Shown here: positions 20,645-29,961 of the stretch, piece after piece
Position numbering within the stretch: the first letter of the stretch is position 1
Layout of the letters: each line of letters opens with the position of its first letter
Source of the DNA: Gammaproteobacteria bacterium
GTDB taxonomy: Bacteria > Pseudomonadota > Gammaproteobacteria > Eutrophobiales > Eutrophobiaceae
Reading direction: 5' to 3'
Length of the DNA: 64,000 bases
Assembly: GCA_965221695.1 (NCBI GenBank)
Contig: OZ244905.1
Span: 1,760,001-1,824,000, forward strand
Made by a program: the position numbers and the translations under genes
Notes under the pieces: generated by a model
What the model was told of the DNA's origin: nothing
The model's input: the letters and a program-made list of their open reading frames with translations, nothing else
Databases searched by the model: none

Positions 20645-21652
20645 ATGAAGGCAATCGTATTGGAAGAACTCGGCGGTCCGGATAACCTGCAGGTCAAAGA
20701 GGTGGATACGCCTGAGCCGGGGCCGGGAGAGGTGCGTGTCAGGTTGCACAATTCTGCCCTGAACCGGCGCGACTACTGGATCACTATCGGCAGGTATCCG
20801 CGCACCAGTCTGCCCTGTATTGCCGGGTCGGACGGCGCGGGTGAGATTGATGCCGTGGGTGAAGGCGTGGACAGCAGCATGATCGGTCGGGAAGTGGTGG
20901 TGTATCCCGCCCGTGCCTGGGGCGACAGGCAGGACGCGCCGGGGGCGGAATTCCGCGTGCTGGGCATGCCGGACCAGGGTACGTTTGCCGAATATATCTG
21001 CTGTCCGGCTACCGATGCCTATGACAAACCCGCGCATCTGAACTGGGAGCAGGCAGCGGCTGTTCCCCTGGCCGGCCTGACTGCCTGGCGGGCCGTGGTG
21101 ACCCAGGCAGGAGTGCAGTCCGGACAGACCGTGTTGGTAACCGGCGCCGGCAGCGGTGTTTCCACGTTTGCCATCCAGTGGGCCGCCGCGGTCGGCGCCA
21201 AGGTGTACGTCACCAGCGGGTCGGAGGAAAAAATTGAGAAAGCCAAAACCATTGGTGCGGTCGGCGGTGTCAGCTACAGGCAGGAGGATTACCATAAAAT
21301 CCTGAAGAAGCAGGCAGGAGGATTTAACGCGATCATAGACAGCGCCGGCGGGGATGACATGAACAAGGCACTGAGTACGTTAAAACCCGCCGGACGCTTC
21401 GTGTTCTTCGGCGCCACCCTGGGCGTTCCCTCCACCGGGTTGGAACTGCCGAGACTGTTTTTCGGTCAGGTACGTATCCAGGGGACCACAATGGGCTCCA
21501 ATGCGGAATTCAAATCCATGCTGGAGTTCGTTAGTGAAAACAAGATCGAACCCGTGATAGATCGGGTGTTGCCGATGAGTGAAGCGATCGCTGCGCACAA
21601 GTTGCTGGAATCGTTCGGCCAGATGGGCAAGGTCGTCCTGAGTAACAAGTAA
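20645..21652 (+). CDS. MDR-family (quinone) oxidoreductase
   Basis: ALNRRD, GSDGAG, VLVTGAGSGV and GKVVL motifs. Confidence 0.9.
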   Translation: MKAIVLEELGGPDNLQVKEVDTPEPGPGEVRVRLHNSALNRRDYWITIGRYPRTSLPCIAGSDGAGEIDAVGEGVDSSMIGREVVVYPARAWGDRQDAPGAEFRVLGMPDQGTFAEYICCPATDAYDKPAHLNWEQAAAVPLAGLTAWRAVVTQAGVQSGQTVLVTGAGSGVSTFAIQWAAAVGAKVYVTSGSEEKIEKAKTIGAVGGVSYRQEDYHKILKKQAGGFNAIIDSAGGDDMNKALSTLKPAGRFVFFGATLGVPSTGLELPRLFFGQVRIQGTTMGSNAEFKSMLEFVSENKIEPVIDRVLPMSEAIAAHKLLESFGQMGKVVLSNK

Positions 21653-22866
21653 TGACACAGGTGAAGCAAGCGATTATCTACGACGGAGTCCGTTCCCCCT
21701 TCGGCCGTTATGGCGGAGGATTATCGGGAATGCGCCCAGATGACCTGGCCGCGGCCGTTATCAAGGCGTTGCTTGACAGGAGCGGCATTGAGAGCAGCCT
21801 GGTGGAAGACGTAATCCTGGGCAATACCAATCAGGCGGGCGAGGACTGTCGCAATGTCGCGCGTAATGCCGCGTTGCTGGCCGGTATGGATACCTCGGTG
21901 GGCGGGCTCACCGTCAACCGTTTGTGCGGTAGCGGCGCCGCGGCGACCCTGGATGCGGCGCGGGCGATCAGTTGTTCCCAGGGACAGTTATTCATCGCCG
22001 GCGGTGTAGAGAGCATGAGCCGCGCTCCCTGGGTGCTGAACAAGGCGGAAACCGGCTTTGATCGCAACCAGAAGATGTACGACACGGTGATTGGCTGGCG
22101 CTTTCCCAACAAGACGCTTCTAAAGCAATATGGAGACGACACCATGCCACAGACTGCGGATAACCTGGCCAAAGACCTCGCCATCAGCCGGGAGGACAGC
22201 GACGCGTTCGCGTTTGCCTCCCAGCAGAAATACGAGACCGCAAAAAACGCCGGGTTCTATCTGGAAGAGCTGCTCGAAATAGAGGTTCCGGCCAAACGGC
22301 GCAAGGACCCGCCACTAAAGGTTATGGCCGATGAGCACCCAAGACCCGGAACCACGTTGGAAAAACTGGCTGGCCTGTCCCCATTGTTTGAGGATGGCGT
22401 GGTTACCGCCGGTAATGCCTCCGGCATCAACGACGGCGCGGCAGCGCTGTTGTTGGGGAACGAGGATATAGGTAATAAACTGGGCCTTGCGCCGCGGGGA
22501 CGCATCCTCGCCGGGGCGGTCGCCGGCGTTGAACCACGGGTGATGGGAATGGGGCCAGTCCCGGCGTCACAAAAAGCCCTGCAACGCGCCGGTCTGTCAT
22601 TATCCGATATGGCCGTGATTGAGATCAACGAAGCCTTTGCTACCCAGGTTCTCGGTTGCCTGAAACAACTGCAAGTCGATTTTCAGGATGAGCGGGTCAA
22701 CCCGAACGGCGGCGCCATCAGCATCGGGCATCCGCTGGGCGCATCCGGGGCGCGCTTGATCCTCACGGCATTGAGGCAACTGGAACAGATACAGGGCCGC
22801 TACGCACTGGTGAGCATGTGCATCGGTATCGGCCAGGGCATAGCCGTTGTGATCGAAAGGGTCTGA
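21652..22866 (+). CDS. pcaF: 3-oxoadipyl-CoA thiolase-like acetyl-CoA acyltransferase
   Basis: NQAGEDCRNVAR, NRLCGSG, NEAFA, GHPLGASG and SMCIGIGQG motifs. Confidence 0.85.
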   Translation: MTQVKQAIIYDGVRSPFGRYGGGLSGMRPDDLAAAVIKALLDRSGIESSLVEDVILGNTNQAGEDCRNVARNAALLAGMDTSVGGLTVNRLCGSGAAATLDAARAISCSQGQLFIAGGVESMSRAPWVLNKAETGFDRNQKMYDTVIGWRFPNKTLLKQYGDDTMPQTADNLAKDLAISREDSDAFAFASQQKYETAKNAGFYLEELLEIEVPAKRRKDPPLKVMADEHPRPGTTLEKLAGLSPLFEDGVVTAGNASGINDGAAALLLGNEDIGNKLGLAPRGRILAGAVAGVEPRVMGMGPVPASQKALQRAGLSLSDMAVIEINEAFATQVLGCLKQLQVDFQDERVNPNGGAISIGHPLGASGARLILTALRQLEQIQGRYALVSMCIGIGQGIAVVIERV

Positions 22867-22909
22867 CAATTCGGGTTTGTCCGCTTCTGTCTGATCCGGA
22901 TATGGCCGC

Positions 22910-24190
22910 ATGAGGATCCTGGCTGTCGGCGATATACACCTGGGACGCACGCCATCCCGGTTACCGGAAGAACTATCAGCTCGGGCGCGCGAATTGGGTC
23001 CGGTCGGCGCTTGGAAACGCGCAGTAGACGTTGCGATTGATACCGGCGTCAAAGCCGTTTTGTTAGCCGGCGATGTGGTCGAACGGGAAAACGATTTCTT
23101 CGAGGCCTACCGGGAACTGGAGCAGGGTGTCCGGCGACTTACCGAAGCCGGCATTGATGTCATCGGCGTCGCCGGCAACCACGACGTGAAAGCGCTGCCC
23201 CGTCTGGCAAAACACATTCCTGAATTTCGACTCCTGGGCGCCGGGGGGCACTGGGAGTACTGCCGGATCGGCGATAATGCGAATTCGCTCACCCTCTGGG
23301 GATGGTCGTTCCCCCGAAAGGAAGTCCGAACAAGTCCTTTATCCGATCAATCCTTCGCGCGTCAGAGCGGCATTAACCTGGGATTGTTACACTGCGACCG
23401 GGACTCTGTAGACAGTCCTTACGCCCCGGTCAGCAGCCGGGAGTTGCAGCAATCGGGGCTCGACGGCTGGCTGCTGGGACATATCCACAAGCCAGATGGC
23501 TTGTCTGTGGGGTCACTGAGCGGGTATCTCGGCAGCCTCACCGGACTCGATCGCAGCGAAACCGGCTCCCATGGACCCTGGCTTATCGGCATAGACCGGG
23601 GCAAGATTGAATCGGTTGAGCAACTGCCGTTGGCGCCGCTACGCTGGGAGACCGTGGAGGTTGACCTGGAAGGTATTGGCGAACCGGCAGAGGGGAATGA
23701 GCGACTCCTGATTGCCTTGCGTGAACTGGATCGTGAAATCGTAAAGATTGCCGCGGCGAGAGACCCGGTCGTCGCGCCGGATGCGGTCGGGGCGCATATC
23801 ATTTTGCGCGGGCGTACTCGCTTCGGCGCCGTCGCGTATGACCAAATTTCCGGACAGCGCGGAGAGATTGTCTACAGCCCCGACGACCGGGAGTACTTCA
23901 TCGGGCAGGTCAGCGTGAACACCCATCCTGAGATCGACCTGGAAGAACTCGCAAGGCAACTTACCCCGCCGGGATTACTGGCAAGACGCCTGCTCTTGCT
24001 GGATGAGCCGGAAGGCCATCCCGAACGGGACGACCTGGTGGCCAAGGCTCGCCGGCGTTTGCGTGAACAGGGGCAAAAACCTCTCTGGAATGGCCTGGAT
24101 ACCGATGACCCTGACCCGGTCGCCCGCTTGCGGGAAGCCGGGTTACGCGCCCTGGATCAATTACTGGCGCAAGCTGCCGATAAGAGTTAA
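22910..24190 (+). CDS. Mre11/SbcD-like metallophosphoesterase (YhaO-like)
   Basis: GDIHLG, AGDVV, GNHD and LGHIH motifs. Confidence 0.9.
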   Translation: MRILAVGDIHLGRTPSRLPEELSARARELGPVGAWKRAVDVAIDTGVKAVLLAGDVVERENDFFEAYRELEQGVRRLTEAGIDVIGVAGNHDVKALPRLAKHIPEFRLLGAGGHWEYCRIGDNANSLTLWGWSFPRKEVRTSPLSDQSFARQSGINLGLLHCDRDSVDSPYAPVSSRELQQSGLDGWLLGHIHKPDGLSVGSLSGYLGSLTGLDRSETGSHGPWLIGIDRGKIESVEQLPLAPLRWETVEVDLEGIGEPAEGNERLLIALRELDREIVKIAAARDPVVAPDAVGAHIILRGRTRFGAVAYDQISGQRGEIVYSPDDREYFIGQVSVNTHPEIDLEELARQLTPPGLLARRLLLLDEPEGHPERDDLVAKARRRLREQGQKPLWNGLDTDDPDPVARLREAGLRALDQLLAQAADKS

Positions 24191-27100
24191 TGCGACTCAA
24201 GCGTTTACACATCCGAACGCTACCCGGCATCGAACCCGGCTTTACGTTCGAGCCGCCCGACGCCGGTATCAATATCGTGACCGGTCCCAACGCTATCGGC
24301 AAAAGCAGCCTGGCGCGCGCCTTGGGTTATCTCCTGCACACTCAGAAAAACGACCCGGTAGCGCTTTCTCTGGAGGCTGAGTTCGAGGGTGACGAGACTG
24401 CTTGGCGCGTAGTACGCAACGGCAGCCAGATCATCTGGCATCGGGACGGCAGATCCACATCGCCGCCGGCGTTGCCCGGCGCCGGCCAGACTGGGCTGTA
24501 TCGCCTGTCAATGGAAAGCCTGCTGGACAGCGATGACCAGGATCGCGATCTTGCCCGGGAGTTGCGTAACAGCTTGCGCGGCGGTTTTGATCTTGATGCG
24601 CTGCGTACCGAATTGGGCGCTCGCTTTGCGCAAAACGATCAAAAGAACCTGCGCAACGCAGAGAAGGCGTTGCGACAGGCGGAAGCGGAATATGACGCAT
24701 TGGAGCGGCAGGAACGGGAGGAACTGCCCCGTCTTGAGCGTGAGCTCAAGGCCGCGCAGGAAGCGCAGGAAAGATTGAAGCGCCTGCAACATGGACTGGA
24801 CCTGCACAAAGCTATTCAGGCAAAAAAGTCCTGCGAGGAGCAACTTAATGCATATCCACCCGACATGGATCGGCTGCGCGGCGGTGAACGGGATGACCTG
24901 GCGAAGCTGGAACAAAGAGAGAAATCATTACTGGAAAAGCTCAGGGATCAACAGCGCCAGCTGCGCGCGGCCGAAGCGGTGTTGGAACAGACCGGACTTC
25001 AAGATTCAGGCCCCGCTCCGGAGGACATGGACGCGATGGAATCGCGTCTACAATCGCTTGGACAAAAACTGGCGCGACGAAATAATGCACGGGTTGCGCG
25101 AGAGCAGGCTGCTGCCGGTCTGAAACAAGCGCTGGAACCGTTCAATAACGATGGTAAACCGCCCAGGCTGGATGAGGAGGACATCAAACAGGCAGAGGAG
25201 ATCGCAGTACCGCTGATTAAGGAACAATATAAACGGGAAGCGCTGCAACTGAAACTTGACCAGGCCGGTCAACCTCCCGATGAAACCGAAATCAACAAGT
25301 TGTACGAAGCCGGCAGCGCCCTGCGCGAGTGGCTGGCGGCTTCGGCAGGGGAGTCGCAAGTTCAACCGGAATCACCCAATCGTTGGTTGCGAAGCGCATT
25401 TTGGGTTGCCCTGACGGCCAGCGGCCTTGCCGCTGTGCTGGCGTTGGTAGAACAGGCATGGTTAACCTTTTCAGCGCTGATAGTCGCACTGGTAGCTTTG
25501 AGCATAGCGTTATGGGGACTGATGCAACGACAGCGTCCCGTGGCCGGGTCAACTGCCGGCAACGCAAAACAGCGCTTCATCCGAACTGGCTTGAACGAGC
25601 CGCCGGAGTGGACTGCCGCCATAGTAGAAGAATACCAGCGCGCGGAAATCGACAAACGCCACAGTGCCCTGGCGCTGCAAAGGGAACATGCGGCGCAGGC
25701 TGGGAGCCTTTGTGCTGAACTCAAAAAGGTTGAGTCAGACATCACAAGGTTGCACGTGTCAAAACAGGAAGCCGCCGCACGTCTTGGCTTTGACCCGGCA
25801 TTGCCGAGTATCAGCCCCGATATCTTTCTGCAATACTGCCGCCAACTGCTGGAGGCGCAAAGCCGCCACGCTCAGGCAAACGCTGAACTGGCTGAAGTGG
25901 AACGGGACATTGCTGATGACATCGGCTCGGTGCGTGACTTTCTGGCTCCTTGGGTTAGCACAGATGAGGATATCCACCGGTTACAGGCGTCATTTCGGAA
26001 CCTGAAGCGACGCTTTGATGACGCGCAAGGCGCAAGAAAAGACATTACTCACTATAAGCATGAGATTCAGTCATCAGAGGAGGCAATCAAACAAAGTCGC
26101 GCCGATATCGAAGCTGTCTTCACACAATGCAAACTTGAACCGGGCGCCCATATTGAACTTTACCAACGGCTGGAGGGCCTGGAGCAATGGAAGGAAAAAC
26201 GGAAAGATCTTTACGACGCGGAGAATGAGGAGAAACGTATACGATCCCTGCTCTTGTCTCACGCAGATATCATCAGGAATGTCGATGAAGACAAGCTCGC
26301 GGCCTTGGAGACTGAATTTGCCAAGACGGCAGAGCAGGCCGACAAGCACACGGAACTGCTGCGGCAGCAAACTGAAATCACCACACGGCTTGCAGACGCC
26401 GGCAAAGAGCATAAGCTAAGCCAGGCGCGCGCCAGCTTGGACAGCGCCAGAGCGACCTTGCAAGACAAGCGTGAGCAGGCCTGGTTGTATGAAACGACTG
26501 AACTCTTGCTCAACGATGTTGAACAGGCATTCCATAGTGAAAACGAACCGGAAATTCTCAGTCGCGCCCGTAAGCTGTTCCGGAACATCACTGCAAATGC
26601 CTTCGACCTGCAACTGGACAAGGACGACACATTCTTCGCGCGGGACCTCAAACAAGAAGCGCCACGACAGGTGAGCGAACTCTCTTCTGGCACGCGCATG
26701 CAACTGTTGCTCGCGCTGCGCATGGCCTGGCTCGAAGCGCAGGAGCAGGGCGGAGAGACTCTGCCGTTGTTCCTGGACGAAGCGCTGACCACCAGCGATG
26801 AAGAGCGTTTCGCCGAGATGGCGAAGAGCCTTGAACGGCTGGCGTACGCGCAAGAGCGGCAGATATTCTACCTGTCTGCGCGACGGCACGAGCGCGCGCT
26901 ATGGAAGCAGGCTACCGGAAATGAACTGCCAACCATTGATCTTGCCGACGTGCGCTTTCCCCGGCAGGCGCGCGCCTCGCATGAGTATGATATCTCACCA
27001 CCCTCGTCGCTGCCGTCCCCGGAGGGACAAACACCTGAGGATTATGCTTCCGCTCTTGGCGTGCCTCCCTTCAACCCGCACCTGGAGCCCGGCGCGACGC

Positions 27101-27633
27101 ACCTCTTCTACCTGTTGCGTGATAACCTGGATCTCCTGTGCCAGCTAATGGAAAACTGGCGTATCGCCAGTCTGGGCCAGCTTGAAGGCTTGCTCAACAG
27201 CGATGCGGTGTCTGCCGCGATAGCCGACAGCGAACTTCAGAGCCGGCTTCGGCACAGACTCAAGACCGTGCGCGCCTGGATCACTCTATGGCGCCGGGGC
27301 AGGGGTCGCCCCGTGAATCGTATTGCCCTGGAACAGTCAGGCATCGTATCTGAAACATTCATGGATCGCCTCTCGGACCTTGCCGAGACCGTCAACGAAG
27401 AAGGGAAGACGCTGGTGGAAGCGTTACGCGCCGGAAAGGTATCCCGTTTCCAAAGCAGCAAGATTGAAGAACTGGAGCGCTGGCTGGCTGGCGAGGGCTA
27501 CATTGAGCTGGAACCGGTTCTCTCCGCAGACGAGCGCCGGCGCCTGACGCTGCAACAGGTCATGTCCGTTCCCAACGCCGATGTGGAAGACGCCAACCGG
27601 GTCATCACCTGGCTGGAGTCGGCAAGTCCCTGA
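24190..27633 (+). CDS. YhaN-like Rad50/SMC-type coiled-coil ATPase
   Basis: Walker A GPNAIGKS, signature LSSGTRMQL, Walker B LPLFLDE, central hydrophobic hairpin; 1-nt overlap with the upstream gene. Confidence 0.88.
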   Translation: MRLKRLHIRTLPGIEPGFTFEPPDAGINIVTGPNAIGKSSLARALGYLLHTQKNDPVALSLEAEFEGDETAWRVVRNGSQIIWHRDGRSTSPPALPGAGQTGLYRLSMESLLDSDDQDRDLARELRNSLRGGFDLDALRTELGARFAQNDQKNLRNAEKALRQAEAEYDALERQEREELPRLERELKAAQEAQERLKRLQHGLDLHKAIQAKKSCEEQLNAYPPDMDRLRGGERDDLAKLEQREKSLLEKLRDQQRQLRAAEAVLEQTGLQDSGPAPEDMDAMESRLQSLGQKLARRNNARVAREQAAAGLKQALEPFNNDGKPPRLDEEDIKQAEEIAVPLIKEQYKREALQLKLDQAGQPPDETEINKLYEAGSALREWLAASAGESQVQPESPNRWLRSAFWVALTASGLAAVLALVEQAWLTFSALIVALVALSIALWGLMQRQRPVAGSTAGNAKQRFIRTGLNEPPEWTAAIVEEYQRAEIDKRHSALALQREHAAQAGSLCAELKKVESDITRLHVSKQEAAARLGFDPALPSISPDIFLQYCRQLLEAQSRHAQANAELAEVERDIADDIGSVRDFLAPWVSTDEDIHRLQASFRNLKRRFDDAQGARKDITHYKHEIQSSEEAIKQSRADIEAVFTQCKLEPGAHIELYQRLEGLEQWKEKRKDLYDAENEEKRIRSLLLSHADIIRNVDEDKLAALETEFAKTAEQADKHTELLRQQTEITTRLADAGKEHKLSQARASLDSARATLQDKREQAWLYETTELLLNDVEQAFHSENEPEILSRARKLFRNITANAFDLQLDKDDTFFARDLKQEAPRQVSELSSGTRMQLLLALRMAWLEAQEQGGETLPLFLDEALTTSDEERFAEMAKSLERLAYAQERQIFYLSARRHERALWKQATGNELPTIDLADVRFPRQARASHEYDISPPSSLPSPEGQTPEDYASALGVPPFNPHLEPGATHLFYLLRDNLDLLCQLMENWRIASLGQLEGLLNSDAVSAAIADSELQSRLRHRLKTVRAWITLWRRGRGRPVNRIALEQSGIVSETFMDRLSDLAETVNEEGKTLVEALRAGKVSRFQSSKIEELERWLAGEGYIELEPVLSADERRRLTLQQVMSVPNADVEDANRVITWLESASP

Positions 27634-27722
27634 ATTACAGACTCAGCGCCTCGATCAAATCATTTACGCTTTGCTGCCACCTGTGATGGTGGCGATTTTA
27701 CTTTGGCCCAACCTTTCCCGGA

Positions 27723-28295
27723 TTATGCAAAAAGAGCTCTCAGGAAGGGCATCGCTTCCACGACGATAATTAATCCAACCATCCATTTTATCACCAGCAT
27801 CTCGCTTTTGAGTTCCTCCAAGTTGGTTCTCATCTCACCTTTGAATCCCTCCATATTGGCGCCCATCTCGCCTCTGAATTCCTCCATATTGGCGTTCATC
27901 TCGCCTCTGAATTCCTCCATGTTGGTTCTCATCTCACCTCTGAATTCCTCCATGTTGGCGCTCATCTCGCCTCTAAATTCCTCCATGTTGGTTCTCATCT
28001 CGCCTCTGAATTCCTCCAAGTTGGTTCTCATCTCGCCTTTGAATTCCTTCATATTGGCTCTGATCTCACCTTTGAATTCTTCCATATTGGCGGCCATCTC
28101 GCCTCTGAATTCCTCCATATTGGCTCTCAGCGACTCCATATCTACTTTTACTGCCAGGATATCTGATTTTGTTGCGAGACTCTGGTTCATCGCGTAATTT
28201 ATCGTGGTTACTATTGCTTCGGCCTGAGTGTCATTAAGTCCTGACCTGACTATGGCTTTGACAGCCTGGTGTGTATCAAAAGTTGCAGTATCCAT
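27723..28295 (-). CDS. DUF1640/CCDC90-like coiled-coil protein with C-terminal TM anchor and 11-aa repeats
   Basis: FDTHQAVKAI...QAEAI...LATKSDI head, ten MEEFRGEMxxN units, IKWMVGLII tail. Confidence 0.8.
   Translation of the reverse strand: MDTATFDTHQAVKAIVRSGLNDTQAEAIVTTINYAMNQSLATKSDILAVKVDMESLRANMEEFRGEMAANMEEFKGEIRANMKEFKGEMRTNLEEFRGEMRTNMEEFRGEMSANMEEFRGEMRTNMEEFRGEMNANMEEFRGEMGANMEGFKGEMRTNLEELKSEMLVIKWMVGLIIVVEAMPFLRALFA
27789..28118 (-). repeat. 33-bp coding tandem repeat, ten units
   Basis: Repeating CATCTCGCCTCTGAATTCCTCCATRTTGG units on the plus strand. Confidence 0.95.
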
Positions 28296-28421
28296 ATTTT
28301 CGACCCCGTTATTGTCCCGTTTAGCCCTGTGAAAGTAACGCCGTCTATTTCTGACTGAGTCATATCGAATTATAGCTACAGCGCTGCTGCTGTCAATGAG
28401 CTTGAACCCAAAATTCGCATA

Positions 28422-28742
28422 TCAATACTGTGATTCCGGCATATTCACAACCAGGCCGTCCAGTTCCGGGGTGACTTTGATCTGGCAACTCAACCGGCTG
28501 GTAGATTGTGGGCTCATCACGAAGTCCAGCATTTCCTTCTCCATGGACTGGGCCTCGGGCAGTTTATCAAACCATTTCTGATCTACGTAAACATGACAGG
28601 TGGCGCAACTGCAGGCGCCGCCGCATTCAGCAACGATACCGTCCACCCCGTTGTTAACAGCGGTCTGCATGACAGTCATGCCCTCTTTAGCGTCTACTGT
28701 CGTTTCTGTCCCATCGAATGCAATATAGGTGATTTTCGGCAT
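28422..28742 (-). CDS. [2Fe-2S] ferredoxin (putidaredoxin/adrenodoxin type)
   Basis: [14 protein letters not shown] and SRLSCQI motifs. Confidence 0.95.
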   Translation of the reverse strand: MPKITYIAFDGTETTVDAKEGMTVMQTAVNNGVDGIVAECGGACSCATCHVYVDQKWFDKLPEAQSMEKEMLDFVMSPQSTSRLSCQIKVTPELDGLVVNMPESQY

Positions 28743-28799
28743 TTGCTGAACTCCATACTAACAGTTATGTATTATCCACGTGCGGATGCTGATTATAAA

Positions 28800-29924
28800 T
28801 CAATTCCGAAGCCGTTCAAATTCGGTTCTGGAAATATCAGTTTGGCGGAAGAAGTACTGAAGAAACTGGCCGGTTAACACACTATGTGGAGTTGGGTTCT
28901 CAATATAGTAATTCATGCTGAACCGGCAATTTTGTCTTTTTTCCGATTTCAGGTTACCCAGGCTTACAAATGGTCCTGCCATTAGGCTGAATTCCTCGAA
29001 GGAAAATTTTTTGTGTAGTGGCCAATCGCCTAGCAGATCCAATGCTTGACTGGTATCGAATGCATCACCAACGTAGTCGACGACACTCATACCACGTAAC
29101 TCCTCGTTTCTTTGAATCAGTGTAATGCCGTCCTCTTCCAAATGCATAGTGCCAAGGGGGATGGATTTCCCGCGCAATTTACCCGCGCCGCTAGCGGGAC
29201 GTTCGTATATGCATAATACCAATCCTCCTGCTTTTGTTCTGGTGATTTCATCCTTCAGGATATTCATTTTATAATCAGATTCAGCTAGTTTTTGAGCTTG
29301 CTCAGAAGCTGATTGTTCCAGTTCAGCGCTATGCTTTTTTGCTTTCTCTAAGTTGGCCTCGGACTCGGTTAACTGTTCCCTAAGTTTTTCAAGTTCTTGC
29401 TGTAATTTGTTGTCATCCTTAAGCAAATCCATATCTTTATGAGCTATATCCAATTCCTTGGTTAGTTCAGAAATACTATCTTCTGCTTTGGCCGAGCGTT
29501 GCTTTTCTTTTTCCAGGTCTATTTCGGTTTCAGTGAGTTTGTCTTCCAGTTCTTCCACTTTTTCCCTTAACATTTCGTTGTCAAATTTTTCTTGTTCTGC
29601 GTCTTCTGTATTTTCTTCAAGGTCTTTGAGCCAGCTATCAAGTTGTTTGGAACTGGCAGCCTGTTGTTCAACTTCGCGGGTCAACACGGTCCAAACTTCG
29701 CTTAATTCACGTTGAGTATCAGTTTCGGTGATTAACTGTCCCAATTTGGTGGCTTCGGATAATGACTTTGGCCCACCAAAATTTTCCTCAAGGTCTTCTT
29801 CTTTCTGCTGGTAGTCTTTCAGGAACAGGAGCAACACGAATAGTGTAATGAGCATTAATTCGGCCAGGATGATCCCCATCAGAAAACCGCGACGGCTGGC
29901 GCTTAAGGTATCCGGTGAGGGCAT
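28800..29924 (-). CDS. MotB/ZorB-like single-TM coiled-coil protein without a recognisable OmpA domain
   Basis: RRGFLMGIILAELMLITLFVLLLF TM with an intramembrane acidic residue, long coiled coil, two-Cys C-terminal domain. Confidence 0.55.
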   Translation of the reverse strand: MPSPDTLSASRRGFLMGIILAELMLITLFVLLLFLKDYQQKEEDLEENFGGPKSLSEATKLGQLITETDTQRELSEVWTVLTREVEQQAASSKQLDSWLKDLEENTEDAEQEKFDNEMLREKVEELEDKLTETEIDLEKEKQRSAKAEDSISELTKELDIAHKDMDLLKDDNKLQQELEKLREQLTESEANLEKAKKHSAELEQSASEQAQKLAESDYKMNILKDEITRTKAGGLVLCIYERPASGAGKLRGKSIPLGTMHLEEDGITLIQRNEELRGMSVVDYVGDAFDTSQALDLLGDWPLHKKFSFEEFSLMAGPFVSLGNLKSEKRQNCRFSMNYYIENPTPHSVLTGQFLQYFFRQTDISRTEFERLRN

Positions 29925-29961
29925 TGTAACAGCAGCGGGAAAATACGGGACAGGAATGTGG

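Noticed and set aside
27789-28118. CRISPR array
   Set aside because: The 33-bp units are contiguous with no unique spacers, keep the reading frame of a protein, and have no cas genes nearby.
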